DNA of 64,000 bases, taken from Propionicimonas sp. Its GTDB lineage: Bacteria > Actinomycetota > Actinomycetes > Propionibacteriales > Propionibacteriaceae. Of this stretch, positions 10,197-21,865 are shown piece after piece. The DNA lies in NCBI RefSeq assembly GCF_034927565.1, contig NZ_JAYFPT010000012.1, positions 9,933 through 73,932 on the forward strand, given 5' to 3'. A program made the translations under genes and the position numbers. The notes under the pieces are model-generated. The model was not told where the DNA came from and ran no database searches. It worked only from the letters and a program-made list of their open reading frames with translations. Positions within the stretch are counted from its first letter, which is position 1. Each line of letters opens with the position of its first letter.

Positions 10197-11102
10197 ATGA
10201 CGAGCACTCCCCCGACCCCCGCAGCCCGGCAGTCCCGGCTGCCCGCCTGGCTGCGGGCACTGCGTCCCAAACAGTGGGTGAAGAATGTCCTGGTGGTCGC
10301 CGCGCCCCTGGCCGCCGGACGTCTGTTCGAACCTGCCGTGGCACTGGCCACCCTCTGGGCGATGATCGCATTCTGCCTGGTCAGCGCTGCAATCTACGTC
10401 TTCAACGACATTCGGGACGTGGCAGCCGACCGGCAGCATCCCACCAAACGGCTACGACCGATTGCCGCTGGGGAGCTCTCCCCCCGGATCGGCTACCTGC
10501 TGGCGGCCGTCTGTCTGGCCGCGGGCCTGGCACTGGGGACGTGGACCAGCCCCCAGCTGGGTGTGACGCTGGCGATCTACGTCGTGCTGCAGGTGGCGTA
10601 CTCGCTGTTCTTCAAGCACCAGCCGATCATCGACCTGGCGATGGTGGCGGCCGGTTTTCTGTTGCGCGCGATCGCCGGCGGCGTCGCGTCCGGCATTCCG
10701 CTGAGCCAGTGGTTCCTGCTGGTGGCCTCCTTCGGCTCGCTGTTCATGGTGGCGGGCAAGCGCTACTCCGAGCTGCACCAACTGGGGGCCGAGGCGGGCA
10801 CCCGGCTCTCGCTGGAGCGCTACAGCGATTCCTACCTCCGGCTGGTGTGGTCGGTGGCGCTCGGCGTGGTGATCATGTCGTACAGCCTGTGGGCCTTCGA
10901 CGAGGGCCGCGGCCCGCAGCTGTGGAGCGTGCCGTGGACGGCGATCTCGATCGCCCCGTTCACCCTCGCCCTGCTGCGCTATGCGATGCGAATCGACCAG
11001 GGGAGGGCGGGCGAACCGGAGGAGATCGTGATGAGCGACCGTGTCCTGCAGGTGCTGGCGGTGGTCTGGGTGGCACTGGTCGGGCTGGCGGTGTTCGCAT
11101 GA
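10197..11102 (+). CDS. Decaprenyl-phosphate phosphoribosyltransferase (UbiA family)
   Basis: LRPKQWVKN, Y.FND..D...DRQHP.K..RPIAAG, AGKRYSE, LLRY. Confidence 0.88.
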   Translation: MTSTPPTPAARQSRLPAWLRALRPKQWVKNVLVVAAPLAAGRLFEPAVALATLWAMIAFCLVSAAIYVFNDIRDVAADRQHPTKRLRPIAAGELSPRIGYLLAAVCLAAGLALGTWTSPQLGVTLAIYVVLQVAYSLFFKHQPIIDLAMVAAGFLLRAIAGGVASGIPLSQWFLLVASFGSLFMVAGKRYSELHQLGAEAGTRLSLERYSDSYLRLVWSVALGVVIMSYSLWAFDEGRGPQLWSVPWTAISIAPFTLALLRYAMRIDQGRAGEPEEIVMSDRVLQVLAVVWVALVGLAVFA

Positions 11103-11779
11103 GCCGGCCGGTGGCACTGGTGACCGGCGCTTCGCGCGGCATCGGACGGGCGATCGCACGCGAACTCGGCAGCACCCACCACCTCCTGGTCGGTGCCCGG
11201 ACAGCCGGGGCCGCCCGCGAGGTGGCGGATTCGCTGCCGTCCGCCGAGCCCTTCGTCGCCGATCTGACCGACGAGGCCGCGGTGGCTGCTGCCGTGGCCG
11301 GGATCGACCGGCTGGACGTGCTGGTGCACTCGGCCGGGATGCTCTCCCACTGGGGCCCGTTCGAGACCGCCACCACCGACCAGTGGCGGGCCGTCCTGGA
11401 GCTGAACGTGATCGCGCCGGCCACGCTCACCCGGCTGCTGCTGCCGGCGCTGCGGGCCGCGCACGGCCTGGTGGTCTTCCTCAACTCCGGCGCCGGACTC
11501 ACCGGAAACCGCGGCTTCTCGGTCTATGCCGCCAGCAAGTTCGCGCTCACCGGGCTGGCCCAGTCGCTGCGCGAGGACGAACGCGGCGCCGTGCGGGTCA
11601 CCTCGCTGCACCCCGGACGGGTGGCCACCGACATGCAGCTCGAGCTGCGCACCGCCGAGGGCAGGGAGTTCACCCCGGAGGACTATCTGGCCGCCGACGA
11701 CGTCGCCCGGACAGTACGGCTGGCGGTCGACCTGCCCCCGTCCGCCAGCGTCGAGATGCTGCGGATCAACCACTCCTGA
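11099..11779 (+). CDS. Short-chain dehydrogenase/reductase
   Basis: TGASRGIG, HSAG, YAASK, PGRVATDM. Confidence 0.9.
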   Translation: MSRPVALVTGASRGIGRAIARELGSTHHLLVGARTAGAAREVADSLPSAEPFVADLTDEAAVAAAVAGIDRLDVLVHSAGMLSHWGPFETATTDQWRAVLELNVIAPATLTRLLLPALRAAHGLVVFLNSGAGLTGNRGFSVYAASKFALTGLAQSLREDERGAVRVTSLHPGRVATDMQLELRTAEGREFTPEDYLAADDVARTVRLAVDLPPSASVEMLRINHS

Positions 11780-11792
11780 CCCGGCGCCGGCC

Positions 11793-13304
11793 TCACAGGC
11801 CGCGGGCGAGGCGGTAGTAGACCTGGTTCCAGCGCAGTTCCCGCTGGAAGCCGGCCACGGTGGTGGCCTGGTCGATCTCGAGCAGTTCGATACCGGCGAT
11901 GGCGGCGAAGTCACGGACGACGTCGATCCCGACAGCAGTGGTCATCACCGTGTGGTGGGCGGCGCCGGCCGACAGCCAGCAGGTCGCCGAGGTGGCCAGG
12001 TCGGGGGCCGGCTTCCACACCGCCCGTCCGACCGGCAACTTCGGCAGGTCGGGTGGGGTGACGTTCTCCACCACGTTGGCGACCAGCCGGAACCGGTCCC
12101 GCATGTCCGACATCGCCACCACCAGCGCCGGGCCCGGGTCGGCGGTGAACACCAGCCGCACCGGATCCTGTTTGCCGCCGATGCCCAGCGGGTGGATCTC
12201 CAGCCGCGGCTTCTGCGACGTCAGGGCAGGCGACACCTCCAGCATGTGGGCGCCCAGGATGACCTCCTGGCCGGGTACCAGGTTGTAGGTGTAGTCCTCC
12301 ATCAGCGACGCCCCGCCCGGCAGGCCGGAGCCCATCACGTTCGCGATCCGCACCAGCACCGCGGTCTTCCAGTCCCCCTCGGCGCCGAAGCCGTAGCCCT
12401 CGGCCATCAGCCGCTGCACCGCCAGGCCGGGAAGCTGCTTCAACCCGCCGAGATCCTCGAAGGTGTCGGTGAACGCGGCGAACCCGCCCTCGGTCAGGAA
12501 GCTCCGCAGCCCCAGTTCGATCGCCGCGCCGTCGCGCAGTGACTGGTGCCGCTCGCCGCCGGGCAGCAGTTCGGGCACCACGTCGTAGCAGGCCAGGTAC
12601 TCCTGGATCAGCGCGTCGATCTCGGCAGCGGTGGCGGCCTCGACCCGCTCGACCAACTCAGTCACGCCCCAGGTATTCACCTGCACGCCCAGGTTGAGCT
12701 CGGCCTCGGTCTTGTCCCCCTCGGTCACCGCCACGTAGCGCATGTTGTCGCCGAACCGGGCCACCTTCAGCGTCCGTGCCGCCTGCCAGCCGGCCGCCGC
12801 CCGCTGCCAGTCCGCGATCTGCCGGCCCACCTCGGGGTTGGACACGTGGCCCACCACGGTCTTGCGCGCCACCCCGAGCCGGGTCTGGATGTAGCCGAAC
12901 TCCCGATCGCCGTGCGCGGCCTGGTTGAGATTCATGAAGTCCATGTCGATCGTCGACCACGGCAGCTCGACATTGGCCTGGGTGTGCAGGTGCAGCAACG
13001 GCTTGCGCAACCCGTCCAGGCCGGTGATCCACATCTTCGCCGGCGAGAAGGTGTGCATCCACGCGATCACGCCGATCACCCGGTCGTCCGCATTCGCCTC
13101 CAGCGCGAACCGGCGGATCCCCTCGGTGTCGATCAGCACCGGCTTCCACACCACCCGCACCGGTAGACCGGCCAACCCCGCAGCCACGGCCTGCGACTGC
13201 TCGGCCACCTGCCGCAACGTCTCCTCGCCGTAGAGCGACTGACTACCTGTGACGAACCAGACCTCGTAGCCATCGAGCGAGGTGGTCAATGCTGTCTGCG
13301 ACAT
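11793..13304 (-). CDS. araA: L-arabinose isomerase
   Basis: [54 protein letters not shown]. Confidence 0.97.
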   Translation of the reverse strand: MSQTALTTSLDGYEVWFVTGSQSLYGEETLRQVAEQSQAVAAGLAGLPVRVVWKPVLIDTEGIRRFALEANADDRVIGVIAWMHTFSPAKMWITGLDGLRKPLLHLHTQANVELPWSTIDMDFMNLNQAAHGDREFGYIQTRLGVARKTVVGHVSNPEVGRQIADWQRAAAGWQAARTLKVARFGDNMRYVAVTEGDKTEAELNLGVQVNTWGVTELVERVEAATAAEIDALIQEYLACYDVVPELLPGGERHQSLRDGAAIELGLRSFLTEGGFAAFTDTFEDLGGLKQLPGLAVQRLMAEGYGFGAEGDWKTAVLVRIANVMGSGLPGGASLMEDYTYNLVPGQEVILGAHMLEVSPALTSQKPRLEIHPLGIGGKQDPVRLVFTADPGPALVVAMSDMRDRFRLVANVVENVTPPDLPKLPVGRAVWKPAPDLATSATCWLSAGAAHHTVMTTAVGIDVVRDFAAIAGIELLEIDQATTVAGFQRELRWNQVYYRLARGL

Positions 13305-13417
13305 CGTGCTTCCTTGCCAAAATCGATCTCGTGACGACGAGCGTTGGCTGCCCGTCGCTGGTCGGCGCCCTCATGGGTCCATCCAACTGAGGATGCCGAG
13401 TCCGTGAACCAGCCTAG

Positions 13418-13431
13418 TGTGAACGCTCACA
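13418..13431. promoter_or_regulatory. LacI-family operator upstream of araA
   Basis: tgtgaacgctcaca is one mismatch from the perfect palindrome TGTGAGCGCTCACA; it abuts a TAGGCT -10-like hexamer on the minus strand. Confidence 0.75.
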
Positions 13432-13537
13432 TTTGACGAGCCTCCCCGCCACATCGCAGGTACGGCCCATGGCAGCCGCAGCACGGCCACGCCCGCCAGA
13501 CGGTCACGGGACGGCAGACCTCTTCGGCCTGAGAGCC

Positions 13538-14530
13538 TCAGATCCAGTCGGATTTGCGGAAGATCACGAACAGGCCGGCCCCGAGGACCACGATCAGGAT
13601 GATGCTCATCACCAGGCCGCTGGGTGTGCCGTAACCGGGGTAGGGCAGGTTCTGGCCGAACCAGCCGGTGACAGCCGTGGGGACGGCGACGATCGCCGCC
13701 CAGGCGGCCAGCTTCTTCATGATCTCGTTGAGCCTCTCCTCACGCTGAGCCAGGGTGGTCTCGAACACGCTGCCGAGCAGGTCGCGCAGGTACTCCGTCC
13801 ACTCGGTGGCCCGGATCACATGGTCGTAGAGATCGGCGTAGTAGCCCTCCAAGGTGCGCTCCACCTCCCGGCCGACCTGCACTTCGAACCGTCCCAGGGA
13901 GGTGACCACCTCACGCATCGGCAGGACGATCCGGCGCAACCCGGCCAGGGCGTTCCGCAGCCGGTGCACCTGCTGCTGCAGCTCGTCGGTGCGCGGGGAA
14001 GGAGCGAACAGAGTGTCGTCCAGCTGCTGGATGCGGTCCTCCAGTTCCTGCAGGGCGTCGAAGTAGTCGTCAACCAGGTAGTCGAGCAGGCTGTAGGCCA
14101 GACCACCCGAGCCGGTGCCCGCGGTGATCTCCTCTTCCCAGCGCTCCAGCACCGGCGCGAGGTCGAAGCCGTCGGTCATCCGCACGGTGATCAACGCCCC
14201 GGGCAGCACGAAGGCCGAGACCCGGTCGAGCTGGAGAGCAAGCTCTGCGTCCGTCCCGACCAACAGCCGGGTGGCGTAGCAGGTGATGAAGGTGTGGCCG
14301 GCGTGCCGGGTCGCCTTCGGGCGCTCCCCCGGCTCGATCGCATCCTCCACCGCGAGGGGGTCGAGGCCCAGCTCTGCGGCGAGCTGGTCGAGTTCGGCCC
14401 GGTCCGGGGCGAGCAGGTCGACCCAGATCAGCACCGACGGGTCGGCCCGCCAGGTGTCGAGGTCGGACAGCGGGTAGCCGTCGGCGACCAGCCGACCGTC
14501 CCGCCAGGCGCGGCTGCTGGTGCGACTCAC
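13538..14530 (-). CDS. corA: CorA family Mg2+ transporter
   Basis: WVDL, LAVED...ERPK, YSLLDYLVDDY, N..MKKL..W, PT.VTGWFGQN, two C-terminal TMs; GTG start inferred. Confidence 0.9.
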   Translation of the reverse strand: MSRTSSRAWRDGRLVADGYPLSDLDTWRADPSVLIWVDLLAPDRAELDQLAAELGLDPLAVEDAIEPGERPKATRHAGHTFITCYATRLLVGTDAELALQLDRVSAFVLPGALITVRMTDGFDLAPVLERWEEEITAGTGSGGLAYSLLDYLVDDYFDALQELEDRIQQLDDTLFAPSPRTDELQQQVHRLRNALAGLRRIVLPMREVVTSLGRFEVQVGREVERTLEGYYADLYDHVIRATEWTEYLRDLLGSVFETTLAQREERLNEIMKKLAAWAAIVAVPTAVTGWFGQNLPYPGYGTPSGLVMSIILIVVLGAGLFVIFRKSDWI

Positions 14531-14676
14531 TCCGCCAGCATCCCACTGGCACCGGGCCACCGACACCTGCCCGCCAAAATCCGGGGCTCGCCCCGGCAAA
14601 CGCCCCGGACAGGGGGGTGGCTGGAATCCTCCGGGTTGGAGGAGGCACCTGGGCGATCCAGGGCCTGACGGCCGAG

Positions 14677-15321
14677 TCAGTGGTTGTCGACGGCCAGGAC
14701 GAGGGCGAAGCCGGCCATTGCGGTGCCGGCAACGCCGTCGACCACCCGGGCGCCGCGACGGCTGTCGAGAAACCTGCGGACGCTGTGCGCGCCGAGGATC
14801 ACCACGGTGAACCAGATCATGGCTTCCACGGCGTGGATCCCGGCCAGGGACGTTCCCACCGCCACCGGGTTGAGCCCGGCCGGCAGGAACAGCGGCAGCA
14901 CAGTGAGATAGAAGACTGCCATCTTCGGGTTGAGCAGGTCGGTGAGCAGGCCCCGTCCGAAGGCCTCGAGTACGCCCATCCGCACCGCCGGCGCCTCGAC
15001 CTGGACAGCGGCTCGTTCCCCACGGACCGCCGCGCGCAGATAGCCCCAGGCCACCCACACCAGGTAGCCGACCCCGGCCACCCGCAGAACGTTGAACGCC
15101 ACCTCGCTGGCGACGAACAGCGCCGCCAGCCCGGCAGCGGCGGCGAACCCCCACAGCAGCGCCCCGACGGTGATCCCCAGCGCGGTGGCGAAGGCCACCT
15201 GCCGTCGATCGCGCAGCGCCTGACGCAGCACGAGCACCGTGTCGAGACCGGGCGTGACGGTGACCACCGCGGCCATTACCGCGAACCCCAGAACCGCTTG
15301 CCACAGTGTCACGGCGGCCAT
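14677..15321 (-). CDS. LysE family translocator
   Basis: TPGLDT.LVL, AGLAAL, G..YL...A, LLNPK...FY. Confidence 0.9.
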   Translation of the reverse strand: MAAVTLWQAVLGFAVMAAVVTVTPGLDTVLVLRQALRDRRQVAFATALGITVGALLWGFAAAAGLAALFVASEVAFNVLRVAGVGYLVWVAWGYLRAAVRGERAAVQVEAPAVRMGVLEAFGRGLLTDLLNPKMAVFYLTVLPLFLPAGLNPVAVGTSLAGIHAVEAMIWFTVVILGAHSVRRFLDSRRGARVVDGVAGTAMAGFALVLAVDNH

Positions 15322-15621
15322 GCTACGGGCGTTCGGACAGGCCGAGCGATCAGGCTCGCTGCCCTGGACGCTCCCGGCCACCGAGGACCAGCGGCTGCCC
15401 GGCCAGGCACCCCACGGCTTGGAGCATGCCTGCCTGGCCCTGGCCGTCGTGAGCGACGCTCGGCGGCGCGCATCGCAACTGGAGGAAGGAGGCGATGCCG
15501 GTGCATCGTCCACCGCTGACACCACAGCCGGCGCCCGTCCAGCGACGCGCCACAGACCACTCCGGGATGGGGAGACACGTTCTAGACTCCGAGCATCGGC
15601 GCGCCCGTCCAGGAGGATTCC

Positions 15622-17385
15622 ATGTCGATCGCCAAGGTGTTGGTCGCCAACCGAGGGGAGATCGCGGTCCGGGTGATCCGGGCTGCCCGGGACGCGGGGC
15701 TGGCCTCGGTCGCGGTCTACGCCGATCCCGATGCGGACGGGCTGTTCGTCCGGCTGGCCGACGAGGCGTTCGCGCTGAACGGGCTGACCCCGGCCGACAC
15801 CTACCTCGCGGTCGACAAATTGCTGGCAGTCGCCGCCCGGTCGGGAGCGGACGCCGTCCATCCCGGCTACGGGTTTCTCGCCGAGAACGCCGGTTTCGCG
15901 CACGCGGTGATCGACGCCGGGCTGACCTGGATCGGTCCGCCGCCGGCAGCCATCGAGGCGCTCGGCGACAAGGTCCGGGCCCGGCACCTGGCGCAGCAGG
16001 TGGGCGCCCCGCTCGTCCCTGGCACTGCCGACCCGGTCGGCGGCGCGGCCGAGGTGGTCGCCTTCGCCGAGACCCACGGGCTGCCGATCGCCATCAAGGC
16101 CGCCTACGGCGGCGGCGGGCGAGGCCTGAAGGTTGCTCGCAGCCTGGCCGAGATCCCCGAGTTGTTCGAGTCGGCCACCCGTGAGGCGGTGACCGCGTTC
16201 GGGCGCGGGGAGTGCTTCGTGGAGCGCTACCTCGACCGTCCGCGGCATGTCGAGACCCAGTGCCTGGCCGATACCCAGGGCAACGTCGTGGTGGTCTCCA
16301 CCCGGGACTGCTCGCTGCAGCGACGGCACCAGAAGCTGGTCGAGGAGGCGCCGGCGCCCTTCCTGACCGCGCCGCAGGTGGAGCAGTTGACCAGCGCGTC
16401 GAAGGCGATCCTGCGTGAGGCCGGCTACGTGGGCGCCGGGACCTGCGAGTTCCTGGTCGGCCAGGACGGCACCATCTCCTTCCTGGAGGTCAACACCCGG
16501 CTGCAGGTGGAGCACCCGGTGTCGGAGGAGGTGACCGGTATCGACCTGGTGCGGGAGATGTTCCGGATCGCCGACGGTGAGCCGCTCGGCTATGACGATC
16601 CGCCGGTTCGCGGGCATGCGATCGAGTTCCGGATCAATGCCGAGGATCCGGGCCGGGCTTTCATGCCGGCGCCCGGCACGTTGACCGCCTGGCAGCCGCC
16701 CACCGGCCCCGGGGTGCGAGTGGACGCCGGCTACCTGACGGGCATGGCGGTGCCCGGAGCCTTCGACTCGCTGGTCGCCAAGATCATCGTCACCGGCGCC
16801 GACCGCGGCCAGGCGATCGAGCGCGCCCGGCGGGCGCTGGGCGAGACCGTCCTGGAAGGCATGCCCTCGGTGCTGCCCTTTCACCGGGTGGTGCTGACCG
16901 ACCCGGCGTTCGTGGCGCCCGAGGGCCGGTTCGGCGTCCATACCCGCTGGATCGAGACCGAGTTCGCCGTCCCGATCGAGCCGTACCTGGGGACGCTGGG
17001 CACATCGGAACCGGATGAGAAGGCCACCTACGTGGTCGAGGTCGACGGCCGCCGGGTCGAAGTGCGGCTGCCCAGCGCGCTGAGCGCCCCAGCCGTCCGC
17101 AGCACCGGGCCGAAACGACCCACTCGGCGCAGCACCGGCGACGCCCACGCCCGGCCGCCCTCCAGCAACCAACTCACCGCTCCCATGCAGGGGACGATTG
17201 CCAAGGTCGCGGTGGTCGAGGGCGACGAGGTCGGTGAGGGCGAGTTGGTGGTGGTGCTGGAGGCGATGAAGATGGAACAGCCGATCACCGCCCACCGCTC
17301 CGGCCGGATCATCGCCCTGGCTGCCCAGGTGGGCGCCACCGTCGCCAGCGGCCAGGTGCTCTGCGAGATCGTCGATCCGGCCTGA
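15622..17385 (+). CDS. accA: Acyl-CoA carboxylase alpha subunit (biotin carboxylase + BCCP)
   Basis: [46 protein letters not shown]; GGAGG upstream. Confidence 0.93.
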   Translation: MSIAKVLVANRGEIAVRVIRAARDAGLASVAVYADPDADGLFVRLADEAFALNGLTPADTYLAVDKLLAVAARSGADAVHPGYGFLAENAGFAHAVIDAGLTWIGPPPAAIEALGDKVRARHLAQQVGAPLVPGTADPVGGAAEVVAFAETHGLPIAIKAAYGGGGRGLKVARSLAEIPELFESATREAVTAFGRGECFVERYLDRPRHVETQCLADTQGNVVVVSTRDCSLQRRHQKLVEEAPAPFLTAPQVEQLTSASKAILREAGYVGAGTCEFLVGQDGTISFLEVNTRLQVEHPVSEEVTGIDLVREMFRIADGEPLGYDDPPVRGHAIEFRINAEDPGRAFMPAPGTLTAWQPPTGPGVRVDAGYLTGMAVPGAFDSLVAKIIVTGADRGQAIERARRALGETVLEGMPSVLPFHRVVLTDPAFVAPEGRFGVHTRWIETEFAVPIEPYLGTLGTSEPDEKATYVVEVDGRRVEVRLPSALSAPAVRSTGPKRPTRRSTGDAHARPPSSNQLTAPMQGTIAKVAVVEGDEVGEGELVVVLEAMKMEQPITAHRSGRIIALAAQVGATVASGQVLCEIVDPA

Positions 17386-17398
17386 GACCGGCCTTGGT

Positions 17399-17470
17399 GC
17401 ACAATCCGGTTCCTGCCGGCCCACCCGAGGGAATATCCCCCTCAACCACCGCTACGGAACCGGATTCTGC
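17399..17470. repeat. 72-bp inverted-repeat element overlapping the xylB 3' end
   Basis: gcacaatccggttcc / ggaaccggattctgc pair at 14 of 15 positions. Confidence 0.5.
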
Positions 17471-18878
17471 GGACCTGCTCCACGAAGCCCGCCACAGCAG
17501 CCCGGTACTGCTGTCGGATGATCGGACGGGGGTCGGGTTCGAGCGCCGCAAGTAGATCCACCGGCCAAGTGGGACGCGACCCAGTGAGCACCCAGGCAGC
17601 CTGACGAGCGGCACCATCAGCCACGTACTCCCCCGGTTCGGGGACCACGACCGGGACATCGAAGACCTGGGCGGCGATCGCCTGGACGGCGGGATTGGCC
17701 GCGGCGCCGCCGGTGAGCAGCACCCGCCGGGCCTCGACACCGAGTGCCTGAATGGCGTCCAGGCCGGCGGCCAGGCCACACAGCATGCCCTCGATCGCCG
17801 CCCGGGCGAGGTTCTCCCGGGTGGTGTTGGCCAGGGTGAGCCCGGTCAGCGAGGCGGTGGCGTCGGGCAGGTTGGGCGTCCGCTCGCCCTCGAAGTAGGG
17901 GACGAGCACCGCTCCGCCCGCCCCGGGTTCGGCGGCCAGCGCGAGGCGTCCCAGCTCGTCGAAGTCGACCCCGAGGACGTCGGCCATCGAGACGAGCACC
18001 CGGGCGGCATTGAGCGTGCAGACCAGCGGCAGGAAGCCGCCGGTGGCGTCGGCGAAACCCGCCACAATCCCGGACGGGTCCGCCACCGGCGCATCGGTGG
18101 CGGCGAAGACCGTCCCCGAGGTGCCGATCGAGACCACGACATCGCCCGGACGGGCGTCCAGACCCAGCCCGGACGCCGCGTTGTCACCGGCTCCGGGGCC
18201 AACCAGGAAGCCGGGTCCGGTCACTGCCTCGGACGGCCCGAGCACCCGCGGCAGGATCACATCGTGGCCCAACGCCACCGCCACCAGATCGTGGTCGTAG
18301 TCGCCCGTGCCCGGCGACCAGTAGCTGGTGCCGGAGGCGTCCGAGCGGTCGGTGACCAACGCGGAGAGCACCGGTCCGAGCGCGGATTCGCCGGCCGGCC
18401 CGTAGCCGCGCAGCCGCCAGGTCAACCAGTCGTGCGGCAGGGCGACAGCGGCCACCCGGGCGGCGTTCTGCGGCTCGGCATCCCGCAGCCAGCGCAGCTT
18501 GGTGGCGGTGAACGAGGCCACCGGGAGCAGGCCGGTGCGGGCAACAAGCTCGTCCGCACCGACCTCCGCGATCAAGTCACGGGCGGCCTGGGCCGAACGG
18601 GTGTCGTTCCACAGCAGCGCGTCCCGGATCACCCGCCCCTCGGCGTCGAGTACGACCATGCCGTGCTGCTGCCCGCCGATCGCCACCGCGGCGACGTCGC
18701 CCAGCCCGCCGGCTTCGGCCAGCGCCGCTTGCAGCGCCGTCCACCAGTGCGCCGGGTCGACGGCGGTGCCGTCGGGGTGAGAGGCCCGGCCGGTCGCCAG
18801 CAGGGCGCCGGTCTCGGCGTCCCGCACCACCACCTTGCAACTCTGGGTCGACGAGTCGACCCCGATCACCCGGGCCAT
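17442..18878 (-). CDS. xylB: Xylulokinase
   Basis: [44 protein letters not shown]; adjacent to xylA. Confidence 0.93.
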   Translation of the reverse strand: MARVIGVDSSTQSCKVVVRDAETGALLATGRASHPDGTAVDPAHWWTALQAALAEAGGLGDVAAVAIGGQQHGMVVLDAEGRVIRDALLWNDTRSAQAARDLIAEVGADELVARTGLLPVASFTATKLRWLRDAEPQNAARVAAVALPHDWLTWRLRGYGPAGESALGPVLSALVTDRSDASGTSYWSPGTGDYDHDLVAVALGHDVILPRVLGPSEAVTGPGFLVGPGAGDNAASGLGLDARPGDVVVSIGTSGTVFAATDAPVADPSGIVAGFADATGGFLPLVCTLNAARVLVSMADVLGVDFDELGRLALAAEPGAGGAVLVPYFEGERTPNLPDATASLTGLTLANTTRENLARAAIEGMLCGLAAGLDAIQALGVEARRVLLTGGAAANPAVQAIAAQVFDVPVVVPEPGEYVADGAARQAAWVLTGSRPTWPVDLLAALEPDPRPIIRQQYRAAVAGFVEQVRRIRFRSGG

Positions 18879-18897
18879 CCCCTACTCCTTCCGGAAC

Positions 18898-20085
18898 TCA
18901 GCGGGCGCCGAGCAGGTGCTCGGTGACCAGTTGCTGCAGCCGGACGAAGCCGAAGCCGCGGCCGTTGAACCAGGCCTCGGCGTCGAACTCCTCGAAGGCG
19001 GACGGGTCGGCCAGCAACTCGGCGTAGCCAGCCTCGCCCACGGTGGGCACCGACAACTCGTCCACCTTGGCCTCGGCCAGCGCGGCCTGCACCTCGGGAT
19101 CGGTCCGGAAGGCCGCCGCCCGCTGTTTGAGCAGCAGGTAGTTCTTCATATTGGCGGCCGCCGAAACCCAGACGCCGTCGGCATCCTCGGTGCGGGACGG
19201 CTTGTAGTCGAAGTGCCGGGGACCGGTGTAGGCCTGGCCACCGTCCGGGCCGCCGTTCTCCAGCAGATCCACCAGCGCGAAGGCGTTGTACAGATCGCCG
19301 TGGCCGAAGACCAGGTCCTGGTCGTACTTGATGCCGCGCTGGCCGTTGAGGTCGATGTGGAACAGCTTGCCGGCGTCCAGCGCCTGGGCGATCCCAGCGG
19401 CGAAGTTCAACCCGGCCATCTGTTCGTGACCCACCTCGGGGTTGAGCCCGACCATCTCCGGATGGTCCAGAGTCGCGATGAAGGCCAGGGCGTGGCCGAC
19501 GGTGGGCAGCAGGATGTCGCCGCGGGGCTCGTTCGGCTTCGGCTCGATCGCGAACCGGATGTCGTAGCCCTTGTCGAGCACGTAGCCGGCCAGGACGTTG
19601 ACCGCCTCGCGGTAGCGCTCCAGGGCGGCCCTGATGTCCTTGGCGGCGTCGTACTCGGCGCCCTCGCGGCCACCCCACATCACGAAGGTGGTGGCGCCCA
19701 GTTCGGCGGCCAGGTCGAGGTTGCGCAGCACCTTACGCAGCGCGAATCGCCGCACCGTGCGGTCGTTGGAGGTGAACCCGCCGTCCTTGAAGACCGGATG
19801 GCTGAACAGGTTGGTGGTGATCATCGGCACCGTGATGCCGGTCGCCGCCATGGCGCCCTTCAGCCGGTCGATCTGGGTGCGGCGCTCGGCCTGGGTGGAT
19901 CCGAAGGCGAACAGGTCGTCGTCGTGGAAGGTGAGGCCGTAGGCGCCGAGTTCGGCCAGCTTCTCGACCACGTGGACGACGTCCAGCGGGGCGCGGGTGG
20001 CAGGGCCGAAGGGGTCGTTGCCGGCGTAGCCGACCGTCCACAGCCCGAAGGTGAACTTGTCGGCAGGAGTGGGTGTGGCAGTCAC
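18898..20085 (-). CDS. xylA: Xylose isomerase (class I)
   Basis: [52 protein letters not shown]. Confidence 0.97.
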   Translation of the reverse strand: MTATPTPADKFTFGLWTVGYAGNDPFGPATRAPLDVVHVVEKLAELGAYGLTFHDDDLFAFGSTQAERRTQIDRLKGAMAATGITVPMITTNLFSHPVFKDGGFTSNDRTVRRFALRKVLRNLDLAAELGATTFVMWGGREGAEYDAAKDIRAALERYREAVNVLAGYVLDKGYDIRFAIEPKPNEPRGDILLPTVGHALAFIATLDHPEMVGLNPEVGHEQMAGLNFAAGIAQALDAGKLFHIDLNGQRGIKYDQDLVFGHGDLYNAFALVDLLENGGPDGGQAYTGPRHFDYKPSRTEDADGVWVSAAANMKNYLLLKQRAAAFRTDPEVQAALAEAKVDELSVPTVGEAGYAELLADPSAFEEFDAEAWFNGRGFGFVRLQQLVTEHLLGAR

Positions 20086-20117
20086 GGGAGGTCCAATCTG
20101 TCTCGGCGGCGAGCGGA

Positions 20118-20140
20118 ATGTTGTCTCCGTAAACTTATAT
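20118..20140. promoter_or_regulatory. Possible ROK (XylR) operator / xylA promoter
   Basis: AT-rich imperfect dyad atgttgtctccgtaaacttat about 35-55 bp upstream of xylA. Confidence 0.3.
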
Positions 20141-20627
20141 CAGCCAACGAGTGGTGTCCATCGGCATCCTGGACTGTGATGAGCAGCCACCGGCGCCGAA
20201 GACATCCGCCCCCGGCCACGTGGGCCACCCATCGGGAGGCGGGCTCGACCGGGTTCCACATCGCAGGCCGCCGGTCGGCCCCTATCACCGGACGCGGGAG
20301 TCCAGTGTCGACGAGGACGGCGCCGCCAAACCGAGCGACGGCGGCCTGGGCAGGTTCGACAGAACCACCCCCGCCACACCCAGGGAAGCGGCAGTTCAGG
20401 TCACCAAGGACAATGCCGCCGAACCGAGCGGTAGAGACTCGATGTGGCTCAGCGAGCGGTGGTCGATTGACCTGCCACCCCGGCACCACCAAGACCGGTC
20501 CTTGCCGCCCCATCCCAACCTGATTATGTTGTAACGCGGTACAAATGTGGTCGGATGACCCTGCCCCTCCAGACCGGTGGAAACCCGGTTACAGTAACGC
20601 CCGACGCCCGCAGAGAGGACGCGACCC

Positions 20628-21809
20628 ATGGTCGGTGGCACCACGGAGAGTATCCGCCAAGCCAACCTCGCCACGATCCTCCAGCTCCTCTACCGCGGTG
20701 GACCGAGTTCCCGGGCCACGCTGAGCAAGCGGACCGGACGCAACCGGTCGACGATCGCCAGCCTGGTCGCCGACCTCGCCGACCTCGGCCTGGTGGTCGA
20801 GCGTGAGCCGGACGCCAGCGGCCTGGTCGGCCGCCCCTCCCCCGTCGTGGAATTGCGCTCCGACGTGGCGGCGATCGCGGTCAATCCCGAAATCGATGTA
20901 CTCAGCATCGGACTGGTCGGCCTGGACGGCACCGTCAAGCGGGTCATCCGGCACGAGTACGACCGCAGCCCGACGGCAGCCGAGGCGATCAGCATCACCG
21001 CCGCGGTGATCGAGGGCATGCAACTGGAGCTGCAGGGCCACCTGATGGCGGGGATCGGCGTCGCGGTGCCCGGCCAGGTACGCACCGCCGACGGCGTCGT
21101 GCGCAACGCCCCGCACCTGAACTGGCACGAGGAAGCCTTCAGCGAGCCGCTGTCGCAGGCCACCGGCCTGCCGGTGTGGGCGGCGAACGACGCCGGCCTG
21201 GGTGCGCTGGCCGAGTACGACTTCGGTGCCGGGCGCAGCCGGAGCCACCTGATCTACCTCAACGGCGGCGCCTCCGGCATTGGCGGCGGGCTGGTCGCCA
21301 ACGGACGGCTACTCGGCGGTGCGGCGGGCTACGGCGGCGAACTCGGCCACGTCCGGGTCTCGGACTCCCCGCTCACCGACTCCGCCGGTATCTCCGGCAC
21401 TCTGGAAGCCCTGGTTACCCGCGCCGAACTGCTGGAGGTGCTCGGTCTGGATCGGGCCGACCCCGACACTCTGGAGGCAGCCCTACTGGCCGACCGCTCG
21501 CCCCGGGTACGCGTGGTGGTGGAGCGGCAACTCGGCCATCTCGGAACCGCGCTGGCGGCGGCGATCAACCTGCTCAACCCCCAGGTGGTCGTGCTGGGCG
21601 GCTTCCTGGCGGCCCTGCTGGCCTACGACCCCGAACGCCTGCACGCCGCGGTCACCGAGGCAGCTCTGCCGCCGTCCGCGGACGGCGTGCAGCTCGCCGC
21701 CGCCGAACTGGGCTCGAACCTGCTCATGATCGGCGCCGCCCAACTGGCCTTCGCGCCACTGCTGGAGGATCCGGCCGCGTTCGTCCGTCCGGGAACCAAC
21801 GAGTCATAA
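20628..21809 (+). CDS. ROK family transcriptional regulator (XylR-like)
   Basis: N-terminal HTH with GRPS; GVAVPG, NDA..GALAE, GIGGG, GELGH; divergent from xylAB. Confidence 0.9.
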   Translation: MVGGTTESIRQANLATILQLLYRGGPSSRATLSKRTGRNRSTIASLVADLADLGLVVEREPDASGLVGRPSPVVELRSDVAAIAVNPEIDVLSIGLVGLDGTVKRVIRHEYDRSPTAAEAISITAAVIEGMQLELQGHLMAGIGVAVPGQVRTADGVVRNAPHLNWHEEAFSEPLSQATGLPVWAANDAGLGALAEYDFGAGRSRSHLIYLNGGASGIGGGLVANGRLLGGAAGYGGELGHVRVSDSPLTDSAGISGTLEALVTRAELLEVLGLDRADPDTLEAALLADRSPRVRVVVERQLGHLGTALAAAINLLNPQVVVLGGFLAALLAYDPERLHAAVTEAALPPSADGVQLAAAELGSNLLMIGAAQLAFAPLLEDPAAFVRPGTNES

Positions 21810-21865
21810 CCGAACACCCGTCGGTCGTGTCTCCGCTCTGATCGAGGCTGCCGACAGGGGTGCGT

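Noticed and set aside
14677-17445. 922-aa minus-strand ORF
   Set aside because: Antisense shadow of accA; only the last 214 codons (LysE) are a real gene.
20082-20513. 143-aa ORF between xylA and the ROK gene
   Set aside because: No motifs, overlaps the xylA promoter and start; more likely non-coding.
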